Assembly: GCF_000485595.1 (NCBI RefSeq)
Contig: NW_014577086.1
Location: 1 to 64,000, forward strand
Origin: Priapulus caudatus
Lineage: Eukaryota
Direction: 5' to 3'
Length of the DNA stretch: 64,000 nt
Part shown: positions 47,201-57,892 of the stretch, piece after piece
How positions within the stretch are numbered: the stretch's first letter is position 1
Layout of the letters: every line of letters begins with the position of its first letter
Notes under the pieces: generated by a model
Told to the model about the DNA's origin: nothing
Seen by the model: only the letters and a program-made list of their open reading frames with translations
Databases searched by the model: none
Made by a program: the position numbers and the translations under genes

Positions 47201-50200
47201 GATAATGCTTTGCTAGTTACTAGTTCCTTTTCGATAGGACAACTGGGGATGGGACTGGGAACTGGAAACTGGTAACTGCTTTGCCTAGTTACTAGTTCCT
47301 TATTTGAATAAGGAACTGGGAACTGGTAACTGCTTTGCCTAGTTACTAGTTCCTTGTTCGAATAAGGAACTGGGAACTGGGAACTGGGAGCTAACTTTAC
47401 TGACCCGATATTACCTAATATCACGCCGCCCGTTTTGCGTGGCATATGAAAGCCGAGTTTTTTATGCTTTCTGTTGAAAAGGCTTAACTTTCTGAATGCT
47501 GCCATTAGCTGATGGTTGTCTACCGTTGTTTCCAGTACAAATCCAGCGCAGTCACCTTTTCAAAATTACATGAATCAATGGATCCGGGTCTGCATGCACT
47601 ACGCTTGTTTGTCATGGAGTAGGCGTGTGAGAAAAAGGATCTATCTATATAAGCAGAGAAAGAATTGGTTGCTTGGAGGAGAAGGGAAAGGAGGATGAGG
47701 CGGAGAAAGATATGAGGATTAGAGAGATGATCCGCATTATCTAATTCTGATATTCTCCTGCTTTTGCTTACTTCTCCTCCTCTTCACCCTAGCTCCTTCC
47801 CATCCCCACCATCTCGTCTCCCTTAGCATCTTAACTCAGTTACTAAGTATGCCCTGCCTGTTCCAGTGCTTCCCATGTCTCTTGTTTTTCTTACGCTGAT
47901 ACCCACTTCATTGGCTCCTTTTAATATCCATCGTCTGTACGCCATTAAGCATCTCCACTTGCCCACCCCGCTGCCTCTCACTGCTTCCTTCCTGACTAGC
48001 ACTCATCTTTATCATAGCCCTCCATACCTGTATTTTTTGCCTGACACGAGCAGCGTGCACTCGACTATACGTGCCATCAAGAGCTGTTATCCATGCATTC
48101 ATAACATCAGAAGTAGCCTATTATCTACTTCTGATAACATCAAACTAAAGGAACGCGTGTAATGCAAGAGAACAAGCGTATCGTAATGCCAATGCGCACG
48201 CTATCCCCATCAACTAATGGAAGTGCACAATTGAGAATGCCATGACCTTGCTGATATAAACGTTTCGCTTTTGCCTCGTTGCCATTGCAAGGGCAACAAC
48301 GATGTATATGACTAACGCCACGTCGTTCACTTTATTTTTTAGGTTATCACGGATAAAAAATTAATTGCGGCGGTGGTTGCGGTTACGGCAGTTAACATGC
48401 TCGTGCTGTGTACGTGGGAAGCGGTTGATCCACTGAGCGTAACCGTCTACAACGCTACTGTGCTAGTGCGTAAGCCTAGAAATAGGAGGAATTAGTCGGG
48501 TATATTGTAAAAAACGTACACAACTCCGGTATTTGACCTGGCTCGTTTAGCTATTTCTGACTAACCCTAACCCTAACCCTATATATATTATATATCATAT
48601 ACATATATATATTAGTCCAAAATAGCTAAACGAGCCAGGTCAAACAGAGGTCAGGGGGACATAGACCCACCGAGCGCCACTGACACTTGGGTGGATTTAT
48701 GCAGACTACCATCTGCGCCAGTGGCTGTCTGTGTGTGACAAGAAAGGGCGCGGGAAAACTGAAGAACAGGCATTTGCGATGAGCTCTGATAGCTTGTAAA
48801 ATTAGGACTGCCAAACATTCTGCATGGCACCATGACCTTGGTATTCTGTAAATGATTTCTCTTTCTGGTTCCTAATGGAGCATAAGGCATTGGCAAGTGT
48901 GAAGTTTCTGCATGTAGCAAGGGTTATTTGCGGGGTGAGATTAGGCCAACCTAAAAATGTACCAATGGAAGACCACCTATTAAGGGCCTATGCATATTGA
49001 ATACACATTGGTTTATGTCACTTTTTTGACAGCACATAGCACATGATATAAGCACAGGACTTTGTTGCTTTCATCGCAACTCTTCTACAAGTAGCATATT
49101 CAATTTTATGAACTAAAATTATATATATAATTATGAAGTTTTAAATATGTTTTACTTAATTTTTAATTATGTTTAGCTTCATGTAGCTTCTATGTTCATT
49201 CGTGCTAGTCAGCCGATATTGCAGTCTGTGAAGCTAATGTTCCCTCGTGTAGACATTTATAAGCTCCAGTGGGAGTCGGGTGAGCATATACTGGGTATAC
49301 AAATACATAGTTAGTAAAACGGTTAAAGCAGAGTTAATACAGTAATAAAGAAAGATCCACTTTACATTTCTGAAGGTATCCGAAGAAAATTACGATGTGA
49401 ATGTCATAAATCAAGTACAGGTGTGCAAGTCAGCCAGTGAGGCGTATTTTCTAGGACCGGCTTACGCCATTCAGAGTCTGCTGCTTGCGTTTGGAACTTT
49501 CATCGCGTACGAGACTAGAAAGGTGAGATGCGACGTCCGTACAGGCGTGACCTCACGCCTACGTATGATGATCCAAAGTTGTCATAGCAGTGGACGCGCG
49601 GTATTACACGTTGCATAACGTTTGCATAACGTCGTGCATTTCTGCTCCACACTTGAATTCGCGTCGATCTATTACGTCGCGCATTTGCAACCACTATGTA
49701 GCACTTGTGTTCATCACTTGTGTTCATCACTTGTGTTCATCACTTGTGTTCATCACTTGTGTTCATCACTTGTGTTCATCACTTGTGTTCATCACTTGTG
49801 TTCATCACTTNNNNNNNNNNNNNNNNNNNNNNNNNNNNNNNNNNNNNNNNNNNNNNNNNNNNNNNNNNNNNNNNNNNNNNNNNNNNNNNNNNNNNNNNNN
49901 NNNNNNNNNNNNNNNNNNNNNNNNNNNNNNNNNNNNNNNNNNNNNNNNNNNNNNNNNNNNNNNNNNNNNNNNNNNNNNNNNNNNNNNNNNNNNNNNNNNN
50001 NNNNNNNNNNNNNNNNNNNNNNNNNNNNNNNNNNNNNNNNNNNNNNNNNNNNNNNNNNNNNNNNNNNNNNNNNNNNNNNNNNNNNNNNNNNNNNNNNNNN
50101 NNNNNNNNNNNNNNNNNNNNNNNNNNNNNNNNNNNNNNNNNNNNNNNNNNNNNNNNNNNNNNNNNNNNNNNNNNNNNNNNNNNNNNNNNNNNNNNNNNNN

Positions 50201-53200
50201 NNNNNNNNNNNNNNNNNNNNNNNNNNNNNNNNNNNNNNNNNNNNNNNNNNNNNNNNNNNNNNNNNNNNNNNNNNNNNNNNNNNNNNNNNNNNNNNNNNNN
50301 NNNNNNNNNNNNNNNNNNNNNNNNNNNNNNNNNNNNNNNNNNNNNNNNNNNNNNNNNNNNNNNNNNNNNNNNNNNNNNNNNNNNNNNNNNNNNNNNNNNN
50401 NNNNNNNNNNNNNNNNNNNNNNNNNNNNNNNNNNNNNNNNNNNNNNNNNNNNNNNNATAGCGCAGTGCGCTAAACACAATGTGTTATTTTCGTTTTTGTG
50501 CCAAACTCTATCGTAGGAAACCGTTCTAGCCTAGCAGAATGCCCTAGTTCTTGAGATCGGCGATTCCGTACCTCAATGGGTCCCCACCTTTGAAATTATA
50601 ACAGAGAGGTGCGGCGTACGCTGTGATTGGAAGACACAAAGTGTCAATCCTCGGCGCGCCTCGGCATCATGGCCGCATCATGTCGAGGCTTAGCTGGCTA
50701 GGTATAATATAGACTGGTACCCGGTCGACAGTTCTACACGCTACACTAACGTCGTGTAGCGAACGGGTACCAGTCCAGAGGAGAGACCGGATATTAAAGA
50801 GGCGATGCGCAAAGGAGGCGTTGATCCTAACCGCTGAGCACGCACGCGACCGCGGGAACGTGCTACGAAAGTATCAGGCGCTGGGAGCTATGCATCCGTG
50901 CGCCGAATGCATAGGTCGGCGCACGAATCCATAGCTGCCAGCGAAGTCGAGAATTTTACCGGGAATACAATGAAAGAGCGTTCGTTCGTTCGTTCGTTCT
51001 TTTGTTCGTTTTCGTGTTCGTTCGTTTGCTCATTCGTTCATTCGCTCGCTAGGTTGCTCGTTCGCTCCTTCGTCCTTTTGGCTCATTCGTTCGTTCGTTC
51101 GTTCGTTCGTGGCCGTCAGAAGACTGACTGATTTTACCATTGGATCTTGGCTGCTTATATAGGAGCCCGCGGTAACGTAGGATCCAGGCGGCGCCTCCCT
51201 GTCCCGTGCCTCGGGTGCCTGGCCGTTGTCCCCCTTGCTTAACACGTGTACAGGTGATGCAACCCCCTTAGTCCAGTATACACGCGAGCGTCGTACCCCC
51301 TTGTCTGCCACGTGCTCGGCTGACGCCGCTCTCTCGCCCGGCGCGTGTACGTAATGGTGCAACTCCCTGATCTCCCACATCAGCTAGCGCCACCCTCTCG
51401 CAGGAAAACTTTCTATCTCTGTTGCGGTGGCTGGTCTCTGGTTGTATGACGTCATCCCCCCTGAACTCCACAACTCTTCACTCCCCCCTGAAATCTCCAC
51501 AACTCCTCCCAACTTCTCTTAGTATCCGCCCTCGGATACGATTTACCTTCCCTCGTCGTGTGATAGTCGTTCTTTTCCTCTGCTTTCTTTCCGTTGTTAC
51601 CATTATTTGTCACTGTTTCAGTCGTGCTCTCTTCAGTCCTTTACCGTGTCGTCGTCGTGCACATGTACCACAATATTGACACTATGTCTTTCCTGTACTC
51701 AGGCCAGTAAAATCTCTGCTGAATACTAGCCCTGCTTCGTTTTTCACCTCGATGTCCTCCCGTTCGATGATAATGCAATTGTTGAAATACTTCTTTCCTC
51801 AATTCTGCGGGTATTATCAGCCGACTGATTGGCTGGATTGGTGTCACCGGTGTCTCCCACCGCCGATACAATCTTCCTTTGTGTACCTCCAGTTGGTGCC
51901 ATTGCCCCCAGTATGCTTTTGCTTCCGCTCCCATTCCTGCGATTTCAGAAAACTCAGGCCTATCTGACGCCGCCTCTACTCGTTCCTTAAAGAAGACTAT
52001 GACAGGATCCCTGTCCTGCAATCTCTTAACGTTCTCGGGGTGCCATATACCATGGTCATCCCCTTCATCCTCAGGGTTTTCCGTACGATTCTCTCGCCTC
52101 TGGTTCCCATCGATCATGACTAAAACGCGGCCATGTTTCTCTTCATCCTTCCATGAAAAATCATCAGTCCTCCCATTACGGCTGAGTGGTTCATCTCTCC
52201 TCTCTACCTCGTCTTCTTCTTCCGGCACGGTCGTCTCCTCCTCGCCTGTTTGTATCTCTGTCGCCAATGGTACAGTCTTCTCTGCAGTCCCATGTCTGTT
52301 CTCTGGGCAATTCTCCTCAGGGAGTCTCGTTTCCTCCTCCCCTTTCTCTCTTCTCTTCTCACTGTCTGGTACAGTCCCTTCTGCCAGTACTGACAACCCC
52401 TCCATCTTGTGCTCCTTCATTGACTCCAACTTGTCGAACCCGTCGCCATTCAACAGTGTAGAACTTGATCCACTGTCCACGAGGGATTTTCTTAAACATT
52501 CTTCCTCCTTTCCAAGCACCATCCAGGTGGGATGACACTGTACGGGTGATATTGAGACTGTTGATATTCGCTCCTGTTCTGCTGTGATGGATTTCTTACT
52601 TTTATTTTCTTTAAGCTGCTTCTCCAGTTGTTCGCCGTCAGTTTCCATGTCTCCAGATATTTTGTTTATTTTATCGAAATTGAAGTGAGTAAGTCGTGTT
52701 TTACCTCTCTCTGCCTTGCGATGGACCAGGTCACCGACCCTATGCCTGGTCCTTCCTAGTTTAATGATTGTTGATCTCGCATTCTTGTGGCATTTGGTAG
52801 TGTGGATTTCTTTATATCGTTGTCATGCAGTCTCTGCGGACAGGCACTCTGCATATGTCCGTTCCTTCTGCAGTAATAACACTCAATGTTTCTTATTGGC
52901 GCCATGTCCTGCGGTGACCTTGCCATTCCTCTCATAGGTAGGTATGGTGTGCCTTGACCTGATCCTTGACCTTTTCCCCAACCAATGTTTTCACGCAGCC
53001 TCCCCTGGCTCTCGGTTTCACCCCTCATCTTACCCATTTCTTGCTTTAGATGCCGTACCTCAGCTCGCAGTTGGTTAAGCAGGCTTGATGTTTGATCTAT
53101 TTGCTGTACCACAGCTCGTACATGATAACTCCAGTCTGCTGGCGGCTTCCTGCTATGTACAGTTTCTCTCGTTACTGCTTCGAACTGGGCTACGCGGGTT

Positions 53201-56200
53201 ATAGCTTCATCCATTGTGTTCGGCTGTTGAAGGAGTACATAGCGCTGAATCTCCGTATCTCCCAGACCTTCCAGATATTTATCGATCAGGATCTCCTCAA
53301 ATTGATGACCGATCATTCCCGGGTATGCGCGATTAAACAGCTGTCGCACGACGGCTCCGTATTCTTCAGGAGTTTCTTCCCCTCTCCGGTTCCTGTTGCG
53401 TAATTCGCTTCGATGTACGTGCTTCCGCTCTGCGGGGTCGAATCTTTGCTGCAGACAAGAAACAATCTGCGCATAGTTGGTTTGCTGTGATCGAGGCATT
53501 TCAATCATTGCTTCCAATGCTTCGGCTTCCAGACATAATCCTAGCTCTATGCCCCATGTCTCCTCTGTCCAGTTGTTGTAGGTAGCTGTCATGACAAATT
53601 TAACCAGGAACTGTTTTAAAGCAGTTCCGTCTCCTTTCCGAAATGTTGGCGTATTTCGTTCCTTTCTAGGTGTGCTGCTATGACGTGGCATTGTAGGGCG
53701 GGAGCCGCTCCCCATGCGGGTGCGCTGCTCTTCCACGTCGCTAGGATAGGCAGATATATCATCATTCTGCCCGGCTGTATCCGACTTTTCTTTCTTCGTC
53801 TTGCGTGGCATGTTGCTGGAAGCAGGCATTGCTTGTCCGCCTACATGCGGAGTTTCATCGCCGTCCTTCTCTGAGCCTGACGATATTACCTAATATCACG
53901 CCGCCCGTTTTGCGTGGCATATGAAAGCCAAGTTTTTTATGATTGAAAAAACTTAACTTTCCGAACGCTGCCATTAGCTGATAGTTGTCTACCTTTGTTT
54001 CCAGTACACATCCAGCGCATTCACCTTTTCACAATTACATGAATCAATGGATCCGGGTCTGCATGCACTACGCTTGTTTGTCATGGAGTAGGCGTGTGAG
54101 AAAAAGGATCTAACTATATGAGCAGAGAAAGAATTGGTTGCTCGGAGGAGAATTAAGGGAAAGGAGGATAAGGCGGAGAAAGAAGAAGATATGAAGATTA
54201 GAGAGATGATCCGCATTATCTACATCTGATATTCTCCTGCTTTTGCTTACTTCTCCCCCTCTTCACCCTAGCTCCTTCCCATCTCCACCATCTCGTCTCC
54301 CTTAGCATCTTAACTCAGTTACTCAGTATTCCCTGCCTGTTCCAGTGCTTCCCATGTCTCTTGTTCTTCTCACGCTGATGCCCACTTCATTGGCTCCTTT
54401 AAATATCCATCGTCTGTACGCCACTAAGCATCCCCACTTGCCCACCCCGCTGCCTCTCACTGCTCCCTTCCTGACTAGCACTCATCTTTATCATAGCCCT
54501 CCATACCTGTATTTTTTGCCTGACACGAGCAGCGACGCCGTGCACTCGACTATACGTGCCATCAAGAGCTGTTATCCATGCATTCATAACATCAGAAGTA
54601 GCCTATTATCTACTTCTGATAACATCAAACTAAAAGAACGCGTGTAATGCAAGAAAACAAGCGTATCGTAATGCCAATGCGCACGCTATCCCCATCAACT
54701 GATGAAAGTGCACAATTGAGAATGCCATTACCTTGCTGATATAAACGTTTCGCTTTTGCTTCGTTGCCATGGCAATGGCAACGACGATGTATATGACTAA
54801 CGCCCTTCATTTTTCAGGTTATCAAGGATAAAAAATTAATTGCGGCGGTGGTTGCGGTTACGGCAGTTAACCTGCTCGTGCTGTGTACGTGGGAAGCGGT
54901 TGATCCACTGAGCGTAACCGTCTACAACGCTACTGCGCTAGTGCGTAAGCCTAGAAATATGAGGAATTAGTCGGGTACATCGCCCGCGTATATTGTAAAA
55001 AACTACCACAAAACTCCGCTAATTTTGACCTGGCCTCGATTTAGCGATTTCTGACTAAACCCTAACCCTAAACCCTAATATATTATATATCATATACATA
55101 TATAATATTAGTCCGAAATAGCTAAACGAGCCCAGGTCAAACAGAGGTCAGGCCGGGACATTAGACCACGACGCCACTGCACAACTTGGGTGGATTTATG
55201 CAGGCACTACCATCTGCGGCCAGTGGCTGCTCTGTGTGCTGACAAGAAAGGGCGCGCGGAAACAGGCATTTGCGATGAGCCGCTCTGTTAGCCTTGTAAA
55301 ATTAGGACTTTGCCAAAACATTCTGCATGGCCACCATGACCTTGGTATTTCTGTAAATGGCATTTCCTTCTTCTAGGTTCCTACAATGGAGCCATAAGCG
55401 CATTGCGTAAGTGTAAAGTTTCTGCATGTAGCAAGGTATTTGCGGGTGAGATTAGGCCAACTAAAAAGTACAATGGAAGACCACCTATTAAGGGCCTATG
55501 CATATTGATACACATGGATTTATGTTCACTTTTTTGACAGCACATAGCACATGATATAAGCACAGGACTTTGTGGCTTTCATCGAACTCTTCTAAAGTAG
55601 CATATTCAATTTTATGAACTAAAATTATAAATCATAATATGAAGTTTTAAATATTTTACTTAATTTTTTAATTATGTTTAGCTCATGTAGCTTCTATGTT
55701 CATTCGTGCTAGTCAGCCGATATTGCAGTCTGTGCGGTAATGTTCCTCGTGTAGACATTTATAAGCCTCCAGTTGGGAGTCGCGTGAGCATATACTGGGA
55801 TACAAATACATAGTTAGTAAAACGGATTAAAGCAGAGTTAATACAGTAATAAAGAAAGATCCACCTTACATTTCTAAAGGTATCCGAAGAAAATTACGAT
55901 GTGAATGTCATAAATCAAGTACAGGTGTGCAAGTCAGCCAGTGAGGCGTATTTTCTAGGACCGGCTTACGCCATTCAGAGTCTGCTGCTTGCTCGTTTGG
56001 AACTTCATCGCGTACGAGACTAGAAAGTGAGATGCGACGTCCGTTTACCCTCACGCCTACGTATGATGATCCAAAGTTGTCATAGCAGGGGACGCGCGGT
56101 ATTACACGTTGAATAACGTTTGCATAGCGTCGTGCATTTCTGCTCCACACTTCAATTCGCGTCGATCTATTACGTCGCGCATTTGCAACCACTATGTAGC

Positions 56201-57892
56201 ACTTATGTTCATCACTTATTTTCATCACGTGTGTTCATCACTTGTGTTCATCACTTGTGTTTATCACTTGTGTTCATCACTTGTGTTTATCATTTGTGTT
56301 CATCACTTGTGTTCATTACTTGAGTTCATCACTTGTGTTTATCACTTGAGTTCATCACTTGTGTTCATCACTTGAGGTCATCACTTGTGTTTATCACTTG
56401 AGTTCATCACTTGTGTTTATCACTTGAGTTCATCACTTGTGTTCATCACTTGAGGTCATCACTTGTGTTCATCACTTGTGTTCATCACTTGTGTTTATCA
56501 TTTGTGTTCATCACTTGTGTTCATTACTTGAGTTCATCACTTGTGTTCATCACTTGTGTTCATCACTTGTATTCATCACTTGTGTTCATCCCTTGTGTTT
56601 ATCACTTGTGTTCATCACTTACTCGACCAAGTTTCCAAAGCGGGAACTAGTACAGCAATATCGTATAGGTAATGCTTACATCCGTTCTACATAGATTTAC
56701 CGTTAGATTTCTTATTGCGCATTAACAACGCTTCTAGTACCATAATATGTTCATTATTATTTTACAGTTAACTTCGCGAGCTTCGTATACAGTAACAAGA
56801 GAAATCGCGTATAAAACTGGACACTGCAGGATTTATTTTCGATCTTATTTATATTTGCGCACCAACAGGTGAAAGTAGAAGAGTTCAACGACTCCAAACT
56901 GATAGCGACCTGTATTTACAATTACGTAATCTTCGGTGTCGTTGGCGTCGGCGTCGTCATGATGATGGGTGACATGGCGATACCGAGATACGTCGTGAAG
57001 AGCGCATGCGTCATCTTTGCTACTACGTTGACGCAGAGCATCATATTTGTACCGAAGGTTCGAATTATAGCCTCTAGTATCAACTAATGAATGAACGAAA
57101 TGACACGTGAATGACGCACGCGCGCGCATGTTTACGGTCAGTATATATGTACTACAGCGGAAAGTATTTTTAAAAACAAACACGCGCACATCACCGGGTA
57201 GTAGTAGAGATATTCGCCGAGGTCCCAATCTATTCCAGATCATAGCCCGTCATCGTACTACGAACGCAATAGAAGTCACTCAGCACCAGGTGGCGACAGC
57301 AGCGAGTATAGCCCCCACCAGCCAGCTCCACCAACTCCACGGCGTCAGCAACGCAACTGACATGCATGAGCTCAGCACCGTGAAAGAGCAATTAGCGCAG
57401 GTGTGCGATTACCAACCGATAGCGATATAACATATATAATGCATCTTATTATTTTTTATTTGAAATATAGTCCAGGGCCACATGTAAACAATATTTTTAA
57501 TACCTTCACGTATAACCCATGCACTTTTTGAAAACGAACTGTCCTCCATGAATAACTAACGCATTAGGCCCGTGCGAGCGTGCCGTGTGGGATTCGTGCG
57601 TGCGTGCGTAGGTGCGTGCGTAAGTGAGTGAGCGCATATAGAGAGTGCGTGCGTTCGCCTTGTGCTGGCAATTTTGCCGTACTCCTTCCTACCCATAGCT
57701 GCATTTAAAGTTAAAATCTATTCCAAGAATGAAAATATGTACTAACTGTTGATCAAAAACACAACGACTTTTGTAGTTTGACGCGTTAAGGACTCGTTTT
57801 AGGCGCAGACGGAAAATAAGACGCTGAGTGAAGAAATCCATAGGCTCCGTAGAATCATAGAGGAATCGCAGGCCTCCGAAGCGCCACACTGA
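29341..57892 (+). CDS. GABA-B receptor-like class C GPCR (Venus flytrap + 7TM + C-terminal coiled coil); 5'-partial, 15 exons
   Basis: Phase-consistent GT-AG exons: 29341-29478, 29701-29871, 30103-30204, 30497-30562, 31166-31502, 31871-32032, 32793-32891, 33307-33457, 33696-33816, 34250-34357, 48343-48465 (or 54818-54940), 49376-49522, 56869-57057, 57158-57400, 57803-57892. Motifs CDPG, SPNLSNKKKYPWFFRT, RIIIGFFYE, YDAVW, PPKD, SSPTMN, KAWRI, AYETRKV, NDSK, FVPK. No cysteine-rich domain, which is typical of GABA-B. Confidence 0.92.
29701..29871 (+). CDS. GABA-B-like receptor exon (VFT)
   Basis: CAAGAASPNLSNKKKYPWFFRT...ESVGLFSS. Confidence 0.92.
30103..30204 (+). CDS. GABA-B-like receptor exon (VFT)
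   Basis: AMEDVIPKLEAANITIITSEIFTDNPVQQIANIK. Confidence 0.9.
30497..30562 (+). CDS. GABA-B-like receptor exon (VFT)
   Basis: RHDGRIIIGFFYEDMAVKVFCE. Confidence 0.92.
31166..31502 (+). CDS. GABA-B-like receptor exon (VFT)
   Basis: AYKAGIYGAHYQWLITGFYSKNWW...CYDAVWIVALMLN. Confidence 0.92.
31871..32032 (+). CDS. GABA-B-like receptor exon (VFT)
   Basis: GFGRGLEDFHYSDKEMAH...GVRGYLKFDE...QIRQVQ. Confidence 0.88.
32577..32765. mobile_element. Tourist/Harbinger-like palindromic MITE
   Basis: TIR agcccagcgcacacgtgagtaattttactcaa / ttgagtaaaattactcacgtgtgcgccgggct; TTA TSD at 32574-32576 and 32766-32768. Confidence 0.8.
32793..32891 (+). CDS. GABA-B-like receptor exon
   Basis: ADRKWRTVGYYLPQ...PIIWQ. 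Confidence 0.85.
33307..33457 (+). CDS. GABA-B-like receptor exon (stalk, TM1)
   Basis: GGGPPKDS...GILLAFLFLTCNAKYRKH. Confidence 0.92.
33696..33816 (+). CDS. GABA-B-like receptor exon (TM2)
   Basis: VMKASSPTMNGIILFGCILSYSAIYF...LCK. Confidence 0.92.
34250..34357 (+). CDS. GABA-B-like receptor exon (TM3)
   Basis: LSIWTLTIGSGMALSSLFLKAWRIYYVFTNVNLQKR. Confidence 0.92.
35694..36250 (-). pseudogene. Gypsy integrase C-terminal region
   Basis: WSPAKVIQKCHEPRSCMVETPNGRILRRNRQQLR...RTLSGRQIRTPKRY; upstream frameshifted SPAELMFNRK-like segment. Confidence 0.85.
37300..39277 (+). pseudogene. heavily indel-degraded Gypsy pol (RNase H and integrase), inverted relative to its LTRs
   Basis: Fragments resembling RPIAFGS, QRYANIE, RFH and DHKPLEMI (37480-37705), HQG (38385), and SNG..ERNVRTVKQILKKA..DPDL..LRT (39160-39277). 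Confidence 0.65.
48343..48465 (+). CDS. GABA-B-like receptor exon (TM4), copy 1
   Basis: VITDKKLIAAVVAVTAVNMLVLCTWEAVDPLSVTVYNATVL. Confidence 0.85.
49376..49522 (+). CDS. GABA-B-like receptor exon (ECL2-TM5), copy 1
   Basis: VSEENYDVNVINQVQVCKS...LLLAFGTFIAYETRK. Confidence 0.9.
49704..49810. repeat. 13-bp minisatellite (ttgtgttcatcac)n running into an N-gap
   Basis: Perfect tandem units. Confidence 0.9.
51641..52648 (-). CDS. truncated pol: protease N-terminal motif, acidic linker and integrase HHCC region; no RT or RNase H
   Basis: LVDSGSSSTLL; LQDRDP...AYWGQW...LHYHRTGGHRG...RFYWP. Confidence 0.75.
   Translation of the reverse strand: METDGEQLEKQLKENKSKKSITAEQERISTVSISPVQCHPTWMVLGKEEECLRKSLVDSGSSSTLLNGDGFDKLESMKEHKMEGLSVLAEGTVPDSEKRREKGEEETRLPEENCPENRHGTAEKTVPLATEIQTGEEETTVPEEEDEVERRDEPLSRNGRTDDFSWKDEEKHGRVLVMIDGNQRRENRTENPEDEGDDHGIWHPENVKRLQDRDPVIVFFKERVEAASDRPEFSEIAGMGAEAKAYWGQWHQLEVHKGRLYRRWETPVTPIQPISRLIIPAELRKEVFQQLHYHRTGGHRGEKRSRASIQQRFYWPEYRKDIVSILWYMCTTTTR
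52756..53829 (-). CDS. gag: Gypsy Gag, intact 357-aa ORF with a CCHC knuckle
   Basis: Retrotransposon-gag-like core (LQQRFDP...ETPEEYG...YLEGL) and CYYCRRNGHMQSAC. Confidence 0.88.
   Translation of the reverse strand: MPASSNMPRKTKKEKSDTAGQNDDISAYPSDVEEQRTRMGSGSRPTMPRHSSTPRKERNTPTFRKGDGTALKQFLVKFVMTATYNNWTEETWGIELGLCLEAEALEAMIEMPRSQQTNYAQIVSCLQQRFDPAERKHVHRSELRNRNRRGEETPEEYGAVVRQLFNRAYPGMIGHQFEEILIDKYLEGLGDTEIQRYVLLQQPNTMDEAITRVAQFEAVTRETVHSRKPPADWSYHVRAVVQQIDQTSSLLNQLRAEVRHLKQEMGKMRGETESQGRLRENIGWGKGQGSGQGTPYLPMRGMARSPQDMAPIRNIECYYCRRNGHMQSACPQRLHDNDIKKSTLPNATRMRDQQSLN
54818..54940 (+). CDS. GABA-B-like receptor exon (TM4), copy 2, intact
   Basis: VIKDKKLIAAVVAVTAVNLLVLCTWEAVDPLSVTVYNATAL; 3 amino-acid differences from copy 1. 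Confidence 0.8.
55880..56027 (+). pseudogene. ECL2-TM5 exon, copy 2, with small indels
   Basis: gctcgtttggaacttcatc vs gcgtttggaactttcatc in copy 1; a G is lost at the donor; lies in an indel-noisy stretch. Confidence 0.7.
56205..56620. repeat. 13-bp minisatellite (ttgtgttcatcac)n
   Basis: About 30 slightly variant units. Confidence 0.9.
56869..57057 (+). CDS. GABA-B-like receptor exon (TM6-TM7)
   Basis: VKVEEFNDSKLIATCIYNYVIF...FATTLTQSIIFVPK. Confidence 0.93.
57158..57400 (+). CDS. GABA-B-like receptor C-terminal tail exon
   Basis: Open phase-0 exon ending ELSTVKEQLAQ|gt. Confidence 0.7.
57803..57892 (+). CDS. probable terminal exon (coiled coil, stop)
   Basis: tttag|AQTENKTLSEEIHRLRRIIEESQASEAPH*; continues the heptad pattern of the previous exon. 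Confidence 0.7.
   Translation, partial: AQTENKTLSEEIHRLRRIIEESQASEAPH

Larger units (their letters stand above)
34589..47403. mobile_element. foldback-type element (long inverted arms with 54-bp tandem subrepeats), left arm split by an LTR retrotransposon
   Basis: 34589-35111 is the reverse complement of ~46870-47403; arm similarity resumes after the LTR insertion (gagatcaaataaagacgg at 45974 vs cgtctttcagttcgatctc at ~46852); GA-rich then CT-rich core; no TSD resolved. Confidence 0.7.
51130..53870 (-). mobile_element. internally deleted, 5'-truncated Ty3/Gypsy element
   Basis: gag plus a partial pol; purine-rich tract followed by tgtggg (putative 3' LTR start at 51379) and a TATA-like box near 51155; no 5' LTR seen. 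Confidence 0.75.
53878..56620 (+). repeat. direct duplicate of 47401-49810, including two receptor exons
   Basis: Colinear similarity from gatattacctaatatcacgcc to the 13-bp minisatellite. Confidence 0.92.

Noticed and set aside
49590..50516. Long ORFs in the ORF track (also 60602-61326)
   Set aside because: They consist of N-runs and minisatellite translations.
51641..52648. Gmr1-type PR-IN-RT domain order
   Set aside because: The protease is incomplete, and no integrase core or RT follows before the putative LTR; deletion is simpler.
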